In this document: positions 13,956 through 26,165 of the stretch, one piece after another
Numbering within the stretch: position 1 is the first letter of the stretch
How the letters are laid out: every line of letters starts with the position of its first letter
Source of the DNA: Sphagnum compactum
Taxonomy: Eukaryota
Assembly (NCBI GenBank): GCA_965153455.1
Contig: OZ234493.1
Location: 3,658,001 to 3,722,000 of the forward strand
DNA: 64,000 nucleotides
Direction: 5' to 3'
Made by a program: the position numbers and the translations under genes
Notes under the pieces: generated by a model
What the model saw: only the letters and a program-made list of their open reading frames with translations
The model's database searches: none
Told to the model about the DNA's origin: nothing

Positions 13956-16900
13956 CTATTCTATGCCTATCTCCTTCTTGCACTTCTTGAATTGGCCTGG
14001 TGCCAGTGCCTTGGTCAGGATGTCCGCCTTCATGTCCTCCGTTTTGCAGAAGACGAAGTTGACTTCCTTGCGTGCCACACGTTCCCTCGCAAAGTGGTGG
14101 ATCACATCAATGTGCTTCGACCTTTGAGAAGCAATAGGATGTTTCAGCAGTTGAATTGCTCCTTGGTTGTCGCAGTAGATTTGAACATGTCCCAGGTCGA
14201 GCCCCAGATTCGCCCCCAGCTTTCGAAACCACAGCGCTTCTTTCACTGCCTGCCCCGCGCTTAAAACCTCTGCTTCGACCGTTGACACGGCCACCGTTGG
14301 CTGCAATCGGGTTGACCAGCTCACCGCTCCCCCAAACATCAGGAAGACATACCCTGTTGTGGACCTTCTCGAATCCAGGTCTCCTGCGTAGTCCGCATCG
14401 CAGTAGCCCACAAGAGTCTCACTGCTCCCCCCAAAGGTTAGGCCGTAGTCTGCAGTCCCCACGAGATAGCGCACTACTCCAAGCGCGGCTTCCCAGTGTG
14501 CTACTGTTGGTGCTGCCATGTAGCGCGCCAACGCCCCCACAATATCAGGGCGCGTGCACACGCTCAGGTAAAGCAGACTTCCCACGCACTCGCTGTAAGG
14601 GAATCTCACCATGTCCAGGGGCTCCCCCTCCTTTCTGAGTTTCTCCCCCGCTGCCTGTGGCACTGAGCGCGCGCGTGCATCTGCCAGTCCATACCGGCTG
14701 ATCAGTTCCCCCGTCAGCTTTTTTTGGGTTAGCTTCAGGCTCCGTGCCTCTCGATCACGTGAAAGCTCCATTCCCAGAAAGTAGGTGGCAGGCCCCAGAT
14801 CCCACACGATAAACTTGGCTGTCAGATGCGCTTTCACCTTTGCTACTCGCTCTTCTCCTTGGGCCGCCACTAGAATGTCATCGACCCAGACAAGCAGCCA
14901 AACTGTCTTACCGTCCAATGTGCCTTGGAAGAGTGCCGCGTCCGCAGACGATGCCACAAACTCAAGGTCCTCCAAGACCTTCTTAAGGCACTGATGCCAT
15001 GCCCGAGGCGCCTGCCGCAGTTCGTAGAGAGCCTTCAGCAGACGACACACTGTATTCGGCCCTCCTTGCTCATACCCCTGCGGTTGCTGCATATAAATCT
15101 CTTCCTCTAACTCTCCGTTGAGGAAGGCCGTTTTCACATCAAGCTGGTGCAGCTCCAGGTCTTGCTGCGCTACAATCGCCAGCAGTGCTTTCAAAGTTGT
15201 GTGCTTGCTCACCAGGGCGTACACCTCCTCGAAATCGACCCCTTGCTTCTGCAGGAACTCCTTTGCCACCAAACGGGACTTGTACCGTTCAACGTTTCTT
15301 TGTGCGTTCCGCTTGACTTTGTAAACCCACTTCATAAGGATTGGTTTTACCCCTTCCGGCCTTTCCACCAGCTCCCAGGTGTCGTTCTCTAAGAGCGAGC
15401 GCATCTCTTCGTCCATGCTTTTCTGCCAAAGCTCACTCTCCTCCCCCGAAACAGCTTCCTGGTATGTTTGCGGCTCATGATGCTCCCCCGATCTCCTTGG
15501 GTTGCTCCCCTCAATTGCAAGGTTTGCCCGATACCTTGCAGGTGTCCTCCTTTCACAAGCAGGGTTTCTTCGCAGCTCTTGTTCCTCACCATCCTCCTCG
15601 TCCTTTAAGTCGATCTAGAGAGGGAGTTTTTGGCTTGCTGCTGCTCCCCGTGTAAGGACTCCTGACGGGCCACTGCTTTCCTCTCTCCCAGTGCCAGGCT
15701 TCCCCGTAGGGATATCTCCTGCACCCATCTGAGTAGGAGGGCTCACATGGCTAAGGTCACGAGCACCCTCCTCCTCCTTCTTCGAGCCAGAGCTCAGCTC
15801 AATGGTCTCGAAGGCAGGCTTTTCGTTGACGATGACATCACGAGACACCAAGATCCGCCCATCTCTTTCCCGCAGCACCCTGTAGGCTTTGCAGTCCGGC
15901 TCATACCCCACAAACACCCCTCTCTCACTGACTGATTGCATCTTCTTCCTGTTTTCCTTGGGGATGTGCATGTATGCGCGTGCCCCAAACACACGCATGT
16001 GATTCACGTCCGGCTTCTCCCCAAAGAACTTCTCCTAGGGTGTCTTACCGTGCACTCTTGAGGGCAGCCGGTTGCGGGTATAGTTGGCGGTCACCATGGC
16101 CTCTGCCCACAGCTCTTCTCCAAGCCCCGAGTCTTCTAGCATTGCCCTCCCCTTTTCTTGCAGGTCTCTATTCAACCGCTCTGCTGATCCGTTCTGTTCA
16201 AGCGAGTATCCAGCTGTCTTTCTGTGCGTGATACCTCTCTTGCTCAGAAGGGTGGTCATCTCTTCGTTGACATACTCACCCCCTTTGTCCGTTTGCACTG
16301 CTTTGACTTTCTTCCCAGTCTGCAGCTCCAGGCGCGCTAGTACCCCTTCTGTGACGGCTGTAACGTTGCTCTTCTTCTTCAAAGGTTGCACCACAGACAA
16401 CTTGCTGTAATCGTCCAAGAAGGTTGCTAGGTATCTGCTCCCCCCCTTTGACGCCTTTGGCATAGGTCCACACACGTCCATGTGCACCAGCTGAAGCGGC
16501 TCTGTGCTTTCTTCTGACACAGACTCCTTTGGAAAGGACTCACGAGTCTGTTTCCCCAGGATACATGGCTCGCACACCAAGGTTTTCTTTTCTCTAAACG
16601 CTTTTCCGCTCACTCGGACAACGGAGACTAGCTCCTCTTCAGCCATCTTTGCCAGGTTTTCATACCCCTCGTGCCCAAGTCTTCTATGCCACAGCTCCGG
16701 ACTCTCAGCTTCTCTCACAAGCAAGCACGAGTCTCTCCAAGACAACCCCGGCTGGCAGATTGCAAACAGGCCCCCTTTCTGCTCCGCTCGCAGCACGACC
16801 TCATTTCTCATGAACACTTGGCACACTCCCCGCTTAAAGACAAACTCCGCTCCAAGCTCAGTTGCCTTGCTCACAGAAAAGAGGTTCTCTGCAACTCCTG

Positions 16901-17951
16901 GGACAAACATCACCTCACGGAGAGTGTTGACCCGCTCACCAACTGGTGTTAGACACCGCAGCTCCACCGTGCCAACTCCTGTCGCCTTGAGCACCCCTTT
17001 GTTGCCAAACTTGATCTCCCGCTCTCCATCCTTAAGCGGCTCCAGGGTTTTGAACAGGCTCTTATCCCCAGTCATGTGCTGGCTTGCCCCCGAGTCCAAA
17101 AACCACTGTCTAGGATCTGCTTCTTCCGCCGCAGTGAAGGCAACCCCCTGGTTGCTTTTAGACTTTCCCCTCTTAGGGCAGTCCCTCTTCATGTGGTCCG
17201 GGCTTCCGCAAGTGAAGCACCCCTTCTTGCTCCTTGACTTTCCAGACCCCTCTGACCCCTGAGAACCCTTGCGGCACTCCCTCTCAAAGTGCCCAAGCTC
17301 ACCACACTTGTGGCACCTCATGGATGCTTTCTTGCCCTTCCCACTGCCTCCTTTCCAAGCAGCGTAGGCTACCGCAGTCGTTGACTCCTTCTCATCCAGG
17401 TCAAGCGAGCTTGCCTTCAACCTCTCAGTCTGCTCATGGATTTGCGGCTGTGGGAGCATCTCGTCTACTGACTTGACTACGTCTGCTGCCACTAAAACAG
17501 TTACCAACGTGTCAAACTCCTTTGACAAACCGGTAATCACACTCATAGCGAGGTCCTCTGGCTTTACCTCAGCTCCTGCAGCAAGCAGCTCCCTCTCCAA
17601 GTCCTTTGCTCTGCCGACGTACTTTGCCACAGGCTCTCTTGACTCTTGTTTGAGGGTCATCAGCTCCCTTTTCAGCTGCAGTTTCCGGGCCGTGGTCTTG
17701 CCCCTGAACACCCTCTCTAACTCATCCCATGCTTGTTCGGCGTTCCTTGCAGCTACAACACGTCCCAGGTATTGCTCCGTAACATTCAGTCCAATCAGAG
17801 CCTTTGCTTCTGCAGACCTATCAGCGTCTGCTTCAGGTTCTGTCACCCCTTTCCACAGCTTCTTGTGGACAAGGAACATTTCCATCCTCTGGGACCACAC
17901 CGCATAGTTTTCGCCATTTAGCGGCTCTATGCTAATCTTAACGTCTGCCAT
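13956..17951 (-). pseudogene. Copia gag-pol polyprotein in one reading frame with two premature TAG stops
   Basis: Two CCHC knuckles (CHKCGELGHFEREC, CFTCGSPDHMKRDC), protease WFLDSGASQHM, integrase WHRRLGH..CEPC / HMDVCG / TDKGGEY / NGSAER, RT HQLDVKTAFLNG..WVDD, RNase H YCDADY..YCDNQ..ADILTK. The three ORFs are in frame across stops at 16035-16037 and 15615-15617 (linker translated by hand). Confidence 0.95.
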
Positions 17952-18122
17952 CTTTCCTGAACCAAGCTTCTTCCAACGTCAGGGCTGAGCACACTCTTGT
18001 GCTTAGACTTTGTTTCCGGTGATTATCCAGGCGAGCGCCTTCACCACAAAACCTCTACCAACCCTAGCGTCAACTTGCTCACTATGGCTGACACAATTAC
18101 CACCCCTAAAGCTCCTAGCGCC

Positions 18123-18136
18123 GTGGGCCCATAACC
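18123..18136 (-). promoter_or_regulatory. Primer-binding site complementary to the 5' half (anticodon arm) of initiator tRNA-Met
   Basis: Minus strand GGTTATGGGCCCAC abuts the 5' LTR. This is the known copia/Osser-type half-tRNA PBS rather than the TGG-starting PBS for a tRNA 3' end. Confidence 0.9.
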
Positions 18137-18460
18137 TGTTGAAAATCTCAGGTTGCACAGCAACAAACTTTAGGAAAGATGCATAACATTACAAGTTCGC
18201 AAGTCTAAGTCCCAGTGTCTATCTCGCTACTCGACTTGCTACTTTTTATCCTTTCGGTCTGGCTTACAGGACCTACGAGCACGCGACAAGGGTACGCTAC
18301 TTATCGAATCTTCTAGAAGGAACTTTTGAAACTTCTACACGTGACTAGGCGGCTCCAGATGCAGACTATTCAATGTTCCAGTCATTCGGGTGTCGAAATC
18401 CTTATGATTGCTATCACGTGCCTAGCTAACCTGTTATTAACCCGACAGCTGATTTCAACA
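18137..18460 (-). repeat. 5' LTR of the copia element
   Basis: TGTTGAAAATCTC...GATTTCAACA, followed on the + strand by the TSD ATATT. Confidence 0.95.
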
Positions 18461-21206
18461 ATATTGGCATACCTTTTTCATAAACTCTGATGATGTAGAG
18501 TTGAAACCCGTTGTCTTCTAGTCCTTCTCTCCTGTCGATCGTTTCTGAGAGGACAATCACCACCTCTTTCCACTAGAAGCTGTAATACTACTGCCAATAT
18601 TTATATGACTTCTGTAACAAATCACACAGCACTTCTCCAGCACCCGAAGAGAGATCCACTAAAAGATTCATTACACGAGACGAGTGCCTTCCTAAATCCG
18701 CATTTATTTTAACTACTTTTTCTTGGCACTCCTGAGGGATCCATTCTTCTTCTAGTATGGAGATCTTGTGATTCAGTTATTGTGCGTGCACTGACCACTG
18801 AGCTTTGCTTTCGCTCCCCTCCCCCCCCGAAAGCTAGCAAAAACAAGCAGCAGAAAAACAAAGAAAGAAAGGGAAAAAAAAAAATCCTTTTCAACAGAGC
18901 AAACACATCCCTGGCTGCACAGTGCAAAGGTCTTGGTGCTCTCTTTCTGTGATCTAGTTTCTAAAAACCTCCATCCAGATCTGTCTTTTGCTTTTGTTTC
19001 GACACGAGATTTCCTGCACTTGATCTTGATCTGTCAAGCGCTAAGAAAATTATACTGCAAAAGGACTTTACCACGGCATCTAATCTCATCTGGAACGTCC
19101 CGGAAGAGTTCCTGCCACGTCTTTCAAGCTCGGAAATGGAAACAGAGCGAGCTAGGTGCTAGATCGCAGGCAAAAAAAAAAGACAAAAAAAGGGGAAAAA
19201 AGCAGAGAAAGAAGTCAGAATTTCTATGTGATTTTTCCCGCTCCCTCGAAGCGGAATTAGACAAAAGAATTGAAGCTGTAGAACCTGGACAATCAAGCTC
19301 ATGATTGACTCAAACTTGGTTGCTTGCACAACAACAACAACAACATAATAATAAAAGCTCAAGAACCCATGGCAACAGCAATAATCTCAGAAAACAACAA
19401 CTGCAAAAGAACCCACAAGATAAACAAGAAAAAAAAAGGAAAAATGAAAGAAGAACAAGAAGAAGAACTCTTGAACTTGCAATGCGAGCTTCTAGAAACA
19501 TTTGTCCAACAAAAAAAAGCAATCCGAGCCGAGAGCAAACTACCCCGAAAACAAAACCAATGAAAACAAAATGAAATGCATGGGTTTGACGAACAAGGCA
19601 GGAAAGAAATAAATATAAGAAGGGAGAAATATATATCCTATTATATGGCCGATATATATGGGAAGGGAAGAAAATACAGACTTTTTAAGGCACGATGAGG
19701 TCAAAATTACATTTTTTTTTTCTGAAACCATTTTTTTGCGGCTTTTGTGCCCCCTGGTTTTCGCCACCACATTTTTGTTAGTTTTTGAAAACCAGCAATA
19801 TAAGTCCAATAGTCGCCCACCTATAATATAATATACTAGAGGGTACCCGTGACCTTCGGACACTGTGAAGTCCCCCAGTTTCCTTAAACCATATTTATTT
19901 CAAAGAAACATTCTGTTTTAAACAACTGCACGTCGTGAACGTAGCTTCTCGCGGAGCCATTTAGGAGATCACCCGCCCCAGACCCTTAACTGGTTTTTTT
20001 TTTCTTTTTGGGGGTGGGTTTGTCCCCATCCACATAAATTCCCCGTCTCTGTGCGACAATAATAATAAATCTTTCTCGACTTTTACACAAAAACCGCTCG
20101 GGCTTTGAATTTTTTAAAGTCATCGACCACATAAAAATATATATTTTTTTCTTTTTTTCTTTTTTTTTGGCAGAGAAAATGAAAACAAATCTGCATGTGC
20201 GCAGCAGTCTGGTGACGACACAAAACAATCCAGATATACCCTCCGGTTATCAGAACGGGTACAGATAAACTATTCCCACCCACTGACCCACTACTGGTCC
20301 TCCAGAATTCAAACAACCGACTTTGGTCTCTATGAGAAAGAAAAAACAAACTGGGTAGAGAACCACCGGTTCTTACTTTCCGGTTTTTTCGTGAAAACCA
20401 CCAATTCTGTAAGGTTCTGTTTGGAGATAACTAGAATCGACTGTTCTTTAGAAATTGAAAGAACCTCGCAACACTGATCTAAACCTCTGAAGAAGATGGA
20501 ATTGACGGTTCTTTAGAAATTGAAAGAACCTTGCAACACTGATCTAAACCTCTGAAGAAGAAGATGAAGAAGAAGAAGAAGCAGCAACAATAACAATCGC
20601 AGCACCACCAAACAAAAATTGTGAGTGGAAATTTTATTCATTCACAGTTCATTTTCACACAAAATTTCCTTCTGTGACTACTTACTTAGTTTATTAGTTT
20701 CCTCTTTAGCACCGACGACTCCTTACACCAGCTGTTGCAGCAGCGGTCATCATCTACTGATCTACTGAGGAACTTGGATGGATTCTGCCACATTCTGAAT
20801 GATTCACAGATAGAGAAGTCTAGTAATGAACCATTTTCTGGCCTTCTATGGATGCACATAGTAACTTTTCACATGAACATTGTGCTATGCCAAAGTTGCA
20901 TATGCCAAGTGGTTTGTGATGTCTGCATACAATGTGTTGTTCTGCGTGCTTCAGTCAATTTTAAATATATAGAGAATTTGATGGAGCATTTGGAAGCAGC
21001 CAGTATGGTGAGTTGTTGTAAGTATCTTAAGGTCCCTGTCATCAGCCCTAATGATTCTCCATTGTCTACAAAACAGGCATTGAACTTTGCATTTAAGGAT
21101 TACTTCAAAGCTCTGTTTGGTACAAAAGGACAGGGATGGTTACTAGATGTGGTTTGCTGGAAACCTTGCATCTGGGGCTGCAGCAGGTGCCTCATCAAAT
21201 CTCTTT

Positions 21207-21749
21207 GTGACACATCCTCAACTGTTACTGCCAACCCAAGACGTTCTTTCATTGCCTTTGCCACCAACTCATATACCTCAGCTTGCAATTTCTCAACAGC
21301 TGGCATTCGATACTTCTTTGATTGCTGCAGCACACCAAAACCATATGTTTGTCAAGCTCTGCAAGTGGCAAGAGATTTCATATGAGTGCAAGTGCATCAC
21401 ACTTATTGGGCTTAGTTCTTTTGGCCACAGAACCCCTGCCAAGACTAAAATGCAGAGAGTAAGAGAGCTGGAGAGTAACCCATAGTAACCCATAGATTGT
21501 GCTCACAGGATTGCACCCATTCCTTGGATCTGGCAAACTGTTTGGAAAGAGAATTGAACACAAACAGAAAGCTAGGGAGAGATAAAGAACCTTGTATGCC
21601 ATGCAAGTATCATGAAAACGAAGGTGAATATCATTTCTTTTACTGTCACTGACAACAGCAAAAGCTCGTTGCTTCCCAAGACCCAGCGTCCCTCTGCCAG
21701 CAAATGAGCCTATTCCAAAAGCCACAACACTTGCTAATGACCTTCCTAC
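21207..21749 (-). pseudogene. MINPP1: Two-exon fragment of multiple inositol polyphosphate phosphatase (histidine acid phosphatase family)
   Basis: Exon 21749-21591 (ACAG acceptor, AAG|GT donor) encodes VGRSLASVVAFGIGSFAGRGTLGLGKQRAFAVVSDSKRNDIHLRFHDTCMAYK. Exon from 21324 (CTGCAG acceptor) encodes QSKKYRMPAVEKLQAEVYELVAKAMKERLGLAVTVEDVS. Both match the recalled plant MINPP middle region (PRASASAVAFGMG..RAFAV..LRFF.C..YK..PAVDKLK). Similarity stops before the expected LWFLCKQ and no other exons were found. Confidence 0.75.
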
Positions 21750-22059
21750 CTGTCAAAACAGTTTTCAATTAGCATACCCTTTGCAGGAAAAAAACACACA
21801 TTGCTGACCTCATTTCCAAGCTATTTTTGTCTCACCTCGGCGTAGAAGGTTATTCCTCTTTCGGTTTGGGTTTTTATCCTTTTGCTTCCTCTGCAGCAGG
21901 AGATATGCGTTGCATAGCAGCGAGGTGGTCAGCTGATGCGACAGCAATGTTAAGCGCCAGGGAAAGGCCAGCACCGGTGGCCGTCATCGCTCGCAGCGGC
22001 CCAAGCTCCTCGCCACCAACAGGAGAAGCGAGCAAGCTCCGCTGAACACATAAACAATT

Positions 22060-22491
22060 GTGGATAAGTTTGGAGGTTCAGCAAGCTCCAGCTCGAAGCT
22101 GCTTACTCAAGCGAACATTAAGGAGCTTGCCGAAGTTGCTGCGAGACTGGAGAGTCAGCGTGCTACTGCAAGATTGGAAATGGGATCAGGCCGCCAAGCC
22201 GGAGCCGCAGAGGGAGGAGGCGGTGCAGCAAAACGACGTCCAAGCATCGAGGAGACTGGCAAGAAGATAGCAACAGAGGTAAGACAAAGGGTAGAGGATC
22301 TGCAGGGAGGAGTGGATGGGGTTATAGAAGTAGGAGAGTATGCGAAAGAAGGACTTGACAAAAGGATCAAAGTCCTGAACCTCGCAACTGAAGAAGTCAA
22401 AGAAACAGGCACCCAAGCTGCCGATATTGCAGCAAAGGGATGGGAGGCGCTTGCAAAACGAACGGAAGATCTCGTTTGGACAAATAGTTGA
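22060..22491 (+). other. GC-rich ORF with hydrophilic Ala/Glu/Lys-rich, LEA-like helical character; possibly a decayed gene
   Basis: ..EETGKKIATEVRQRVEDLQ..EEVKETGTQAADIAAKGWEALAKRTED. No ATG at the ORF start; the upstream Ala/Ser/Arg-rich segment (21906-22045) is in another frame. Family not established. Confidence 0.3.
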
Positions 22492-23000
22492 TCATCTGGA
22501 AGACTAACCCACTCTTCTTTGAACTCCACTGCCACCACTTCCCTCCAAGCGCTTCCACGTACTGCCTTAAAGTTGTTCATTTCTTACTTTTGAGCTCCTT
22601 TGGTGTGACGATCCCCCATAAGATGTCTCCTCTCTTCGGCAGCTTCGGACTGGTACCTTTCTTCTCCGTGCCTCCATTTGGTTTCTGTTGTTGCTGGCCC
22701 TCCATCGCTCACTCTGCTAAATTCCTGCAGACCACACAAAAACAATTTCGCAGTGCTAAAACAAACTGCGTTAACAGGATCACATGAACATGTGGATAAA
22801 CTGCTGCCGCCACCATGAGTCGTCGTCCTCCTCCCGTTCCATCATCTTCTTCTTTCGTGATCAGGAACTTGGATGGAAGGATGACGGGACGGATGACGGG
22901 ACGGATGACGGGACGGATGGATGGAAAGGACGACCACCCAAGGATATTATATAAGTAGATATATTCTAGGTTCCCAAGACCATACCCTTGAGCAAAGCAT

Positions 23001-23580
23001 ATGGGACAAAGTGAGGTGGTTATTGGGAACACGTTAGGGAAGACATTGGGAACTTGGGAAAAACATGTTAAGAACCCATTGAGAACTTGATGGGAATAAG
23101 AAAAAATTCGAAAAATCCACCGGCCTTGTGCTGCCTTGAAATAGTCTAAAGGTTTTTTTCCAAACGAGGGCCTTTGAAATTAGGATGTAATTATGCACTT
23201 CAAAAATTCTTCTCACATGCCAGGGGCTAATATTATATTTGCCCATCGTTGATAATGCAGTCAGTACAAGATTGACCCCCATCACCATAAGAAGTGGTGC
23301 ACATATTTCCCCTCTCCTCGTGGCCCACAAGTCAAGGTAGGTACGTAGGTAGTAGTGTTTGTTAGGTGGGTGGGATATTCAAAATTTAGGGTTTCCTGGT
23401 GATACAAAAGAGCTTCTTGGAAGTTGACTCGCAATTGCATTTTGAGGAGATTTCGGGATTTTGGTGTTCCCACCATGTTCTCACCAAGTTCCCAATGGTT
23501 TCCTATGACTCCTGATGTGTTCCCAGATTCTCATACATGTTCCCCAAGATTCTCTCAATAGCACCAGGCTTTTATCCCAT
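23001..23580. mobile_element. Possible foldback/MITE-like non-autonomous element
   Basis: Left arm ATGGGACAAAGTGAGGTGGTTATTGGGAAC.. with repeated GGGAAC motifs mirrors a right arm rich in GTTCCC and ending ..CAATAGCACCAGGCTTTTATCCCAT. TSD not identified. Confidence 0.4.
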
Positions 23581-25861
23581 TGAGGGAGGGGCACCCATGG
23601 GTGTGAGTCCGAACGTGTTCCCAAACCTCAGGAGGATGCACAAGTACTGGAACCTCCCCTTACATAAACAACTCTCTTTTAATTTCCTAGCTTCTTTCTT
23701 GGTTCGTAGAAAAGAAATATTTGTATGGGAACATGGGAACATATAAAATTGGGGGAGCTCCCCTGGCATAACTCCGTAGGGTTCTTCTGCTTTGGGGGGA
23801 GGGGGGTGAGATCCCTCAAAAAGGGAGTTGTTTACGATATTGTCCAGTTTCAAACTTTTATCTCAACTACATGCCTAAATTCACCCAAATAAAATAAAAT
23901 GGAAACATTGCATACTTAAGACATGTTCCAAAAGGAAGAACTACATGCCTAATGCCCACCCCACAAATTTTCTTCACAATATCCTTTGATCTCTCAAATA
24001 CTAACAATATAATTGAAAAGACCCTTTTGATCCCATAGTTTTAGAACCACATACACTTTCACATATGTAAAACATTGATATTTTGCGGTGCATTTAATTG
24101 CAAGGTACCACCATATTTAGCTCAATTTCTCCTCTACCAAAGGTGGGGCACGTCAAAAAGCAAAAGGCCTAGTATTGCCTATTCGTATGAGCATTCCGTT
24201 TTTTGAAATGCCCAACCTCTTTTTTCGTACTTTCCCCGCGATCCATGTGGTGTATCATAGGAAAAGATAATAATAAAATTCAACTAGGATACTTTACATT
24301 GGGTAACCCCCTTGGAGCAAGGCATTCTTAAACTAAGTTCCCTCACCTGTGTGGGGGCCCCGGGTGATTATTTTGAGAATATCACATTCCTTAAGCATTA
24401 CCCTACACTTTAAAAAAAAATCAAGTTAAAAATGTATCACATGCATGCAAAAATGATGATAACAACTTTTTATCAAAGTTTATTCAAACAAAGAGAAAAG
24501 ACCCAAAAAAATTCCCCTTAAAAGATCCCTTTTTATCCACAATAGTGAGGGTTCAATTGTTTGAGTTTTATAAACATGACATGAGGCCAATGGCCAAAAT
24601 GACTCTCCTAAATGAATTCATTTACCCACTAGACCATGTTAAATGTTACCATGTTACCCACAATCATCAACCCACTAGCCAACATCTACGAGGTCAAACA
24701 ACATGAGAATTCAAGAGTAAAACTTGGGGGGGGGAAGAGGGTCAGTTCAACTTGGTCCCCCTATCATGTTGAAGGCTTCATAAGATGACCACCTTCAAAA
24801 GGAAGGGCTTATTGCTTTGCAAAGAATGATGGCTTATAGTGAGGTTGAAAATTGGCTCAATTTCTTTCAAAGCACTTGGAGAAAATTTAGATGGCCCCTT
24901 TATGTTTGTGAATATCTTTTCAAGGAAAAAGAATGGATCTTACACTTACTTGCATACTCCATAAAGAGGGAGGATCTTACGCCTGCAACAAGCATAAGAT
25001 CCCTCCACTACTCTTAAGGAGTAGCACAAGAACCCTCCCCTCCTAGGCCTTGTCATCTATGTATGTTTAGCAAGGCCCCCCAAACAAGAGGGGACAAAAC
25101 ACTCTAGGTAACATGCCCTCCAATAACACTAGGCATGTCTTTAAGGAAAGCAACCATACCTTAAATGTGAAAATAGAGGAAGCAAGGAAGTACTTAAATT
25201 ACAATATGATAAAAAGCAAAAGCAAAACCAGTTTCTCCTTTTCATCAGTTTAAACTCTTTACAAGAGGCTTAATTATTTCTCCTTTTTCCTTAGCTCCAA
25301 GATGGTCAAGAGTTAGGGGGAGAGGGTGGGGAGGGACCCATTTGTGAAGATTGATTTTGTCCTTCCATCTAAGTCTCACTTTGTCTTTCTTTCATTCGTC
25401 CACAGTGGGGTTTACTTCTATTGGAGAAAAAGTCACAAAAAGACATCGAAAGAAGAGAAACAGGCTACACAAAACATGAGGGTTAAAAAGTCTTCCATGC
25501 AAAAAAAAAAAGTTGCTTTGTTTTGTGTGAAGGAAAACATTTCCATGATTCAGCCAGGGAGTGGTTTAATCCAAAGAGCTACCTACTTTAAAGAAACGAT
25601 CATCTTGTGTCAGTGATGATGTAGTTTAATCCAAATGGGCTACTTGCATGTCTGATATCAAGAAGGTCCGTGTTGGTTGGCTCCACTTGCAAAACAGATA
25701 TACTACAGCACACTCGGGACACGCTGAAACCCCATCCCATCCAGAACCATCTGGTAGTAGTTTCCATTTGGTCCCACCTCCTTTTGAGGAATTTCCCACT
25801 AGCATGTGTTACTACTGTCTGAACTGTGAGAGAATTCCATGAAACATTTCTTGTTTGAAAT

Positions 25862-26112
25862 AGCTCTTGTTGGTTTATACTACCAGCGTTGTGATGTTCT
25901 TCATTTTTTATTTGAACTCTTGTTGGTTTCAAGCGTATCATACCAGTGTTGTGAGGTTCTTCATTTCTTATTTGAACTCTTGTTGGTTTATACCAGTGTT
26001 GTGAGGTTCTTCGGTTCTCATTTCAACTCTTGTCTGTTTGAACCAGTGTTGTGAGGTTCTTCATTTCTTATTTTTAACTCTTGTTGCTTTAAACCAGTGT
26101 TGTGGAGTTCTT
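25862..26112. repeat. ~50-bp tandem repeat (5 units)
   Basis: CCAGTGTTGTGAGGTTCTTC-like cores at 25883, 25943, 25993, 26043 and 26094. Confidence 0.8.
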
Positions 26113-26165
26113 TCCTCTTTACGAGATTCACCTTTGGTCTCAGCTTTGGTATTTTAAATGTATTA

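Larger units (their letters stand above)
13613..18460 (-). mobile_element. Full-length Ty1/copia LTR retrotransposon, half-tRNA-primed (Hemivirus/Osser-like)
   Basis: Two 324-bp LTRs with TG...CA ends, perfect 5-bp TSD ATATT (13608-13612 and 18461-18465), PBS, PPT, and gag-PR-INT-RT-RH domain order. Confidence 0.97.

Noticed and set aside
13992-17921. Many + strand ORFs over the copia element, and minus-strand ORFs over the transposase at 26500-28470
   Set aside because: Antisense shadows of GC-rich coding sequence with no recognisable domains.
18461-18601. ATATTGGCA...TGCCAATAT inverted repeat reminiscent of a miR171 precursor
   Set aside because: The stem is only 9-10 bp and the TTGAGCCG part of miR171 is absent.
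18933-19574. Gln/Lys/Glu-rich ORFs
   Set aside because: Explained by CAA/GAA/poly-A low-complexity sequence typical of UTR or promoter DNA.
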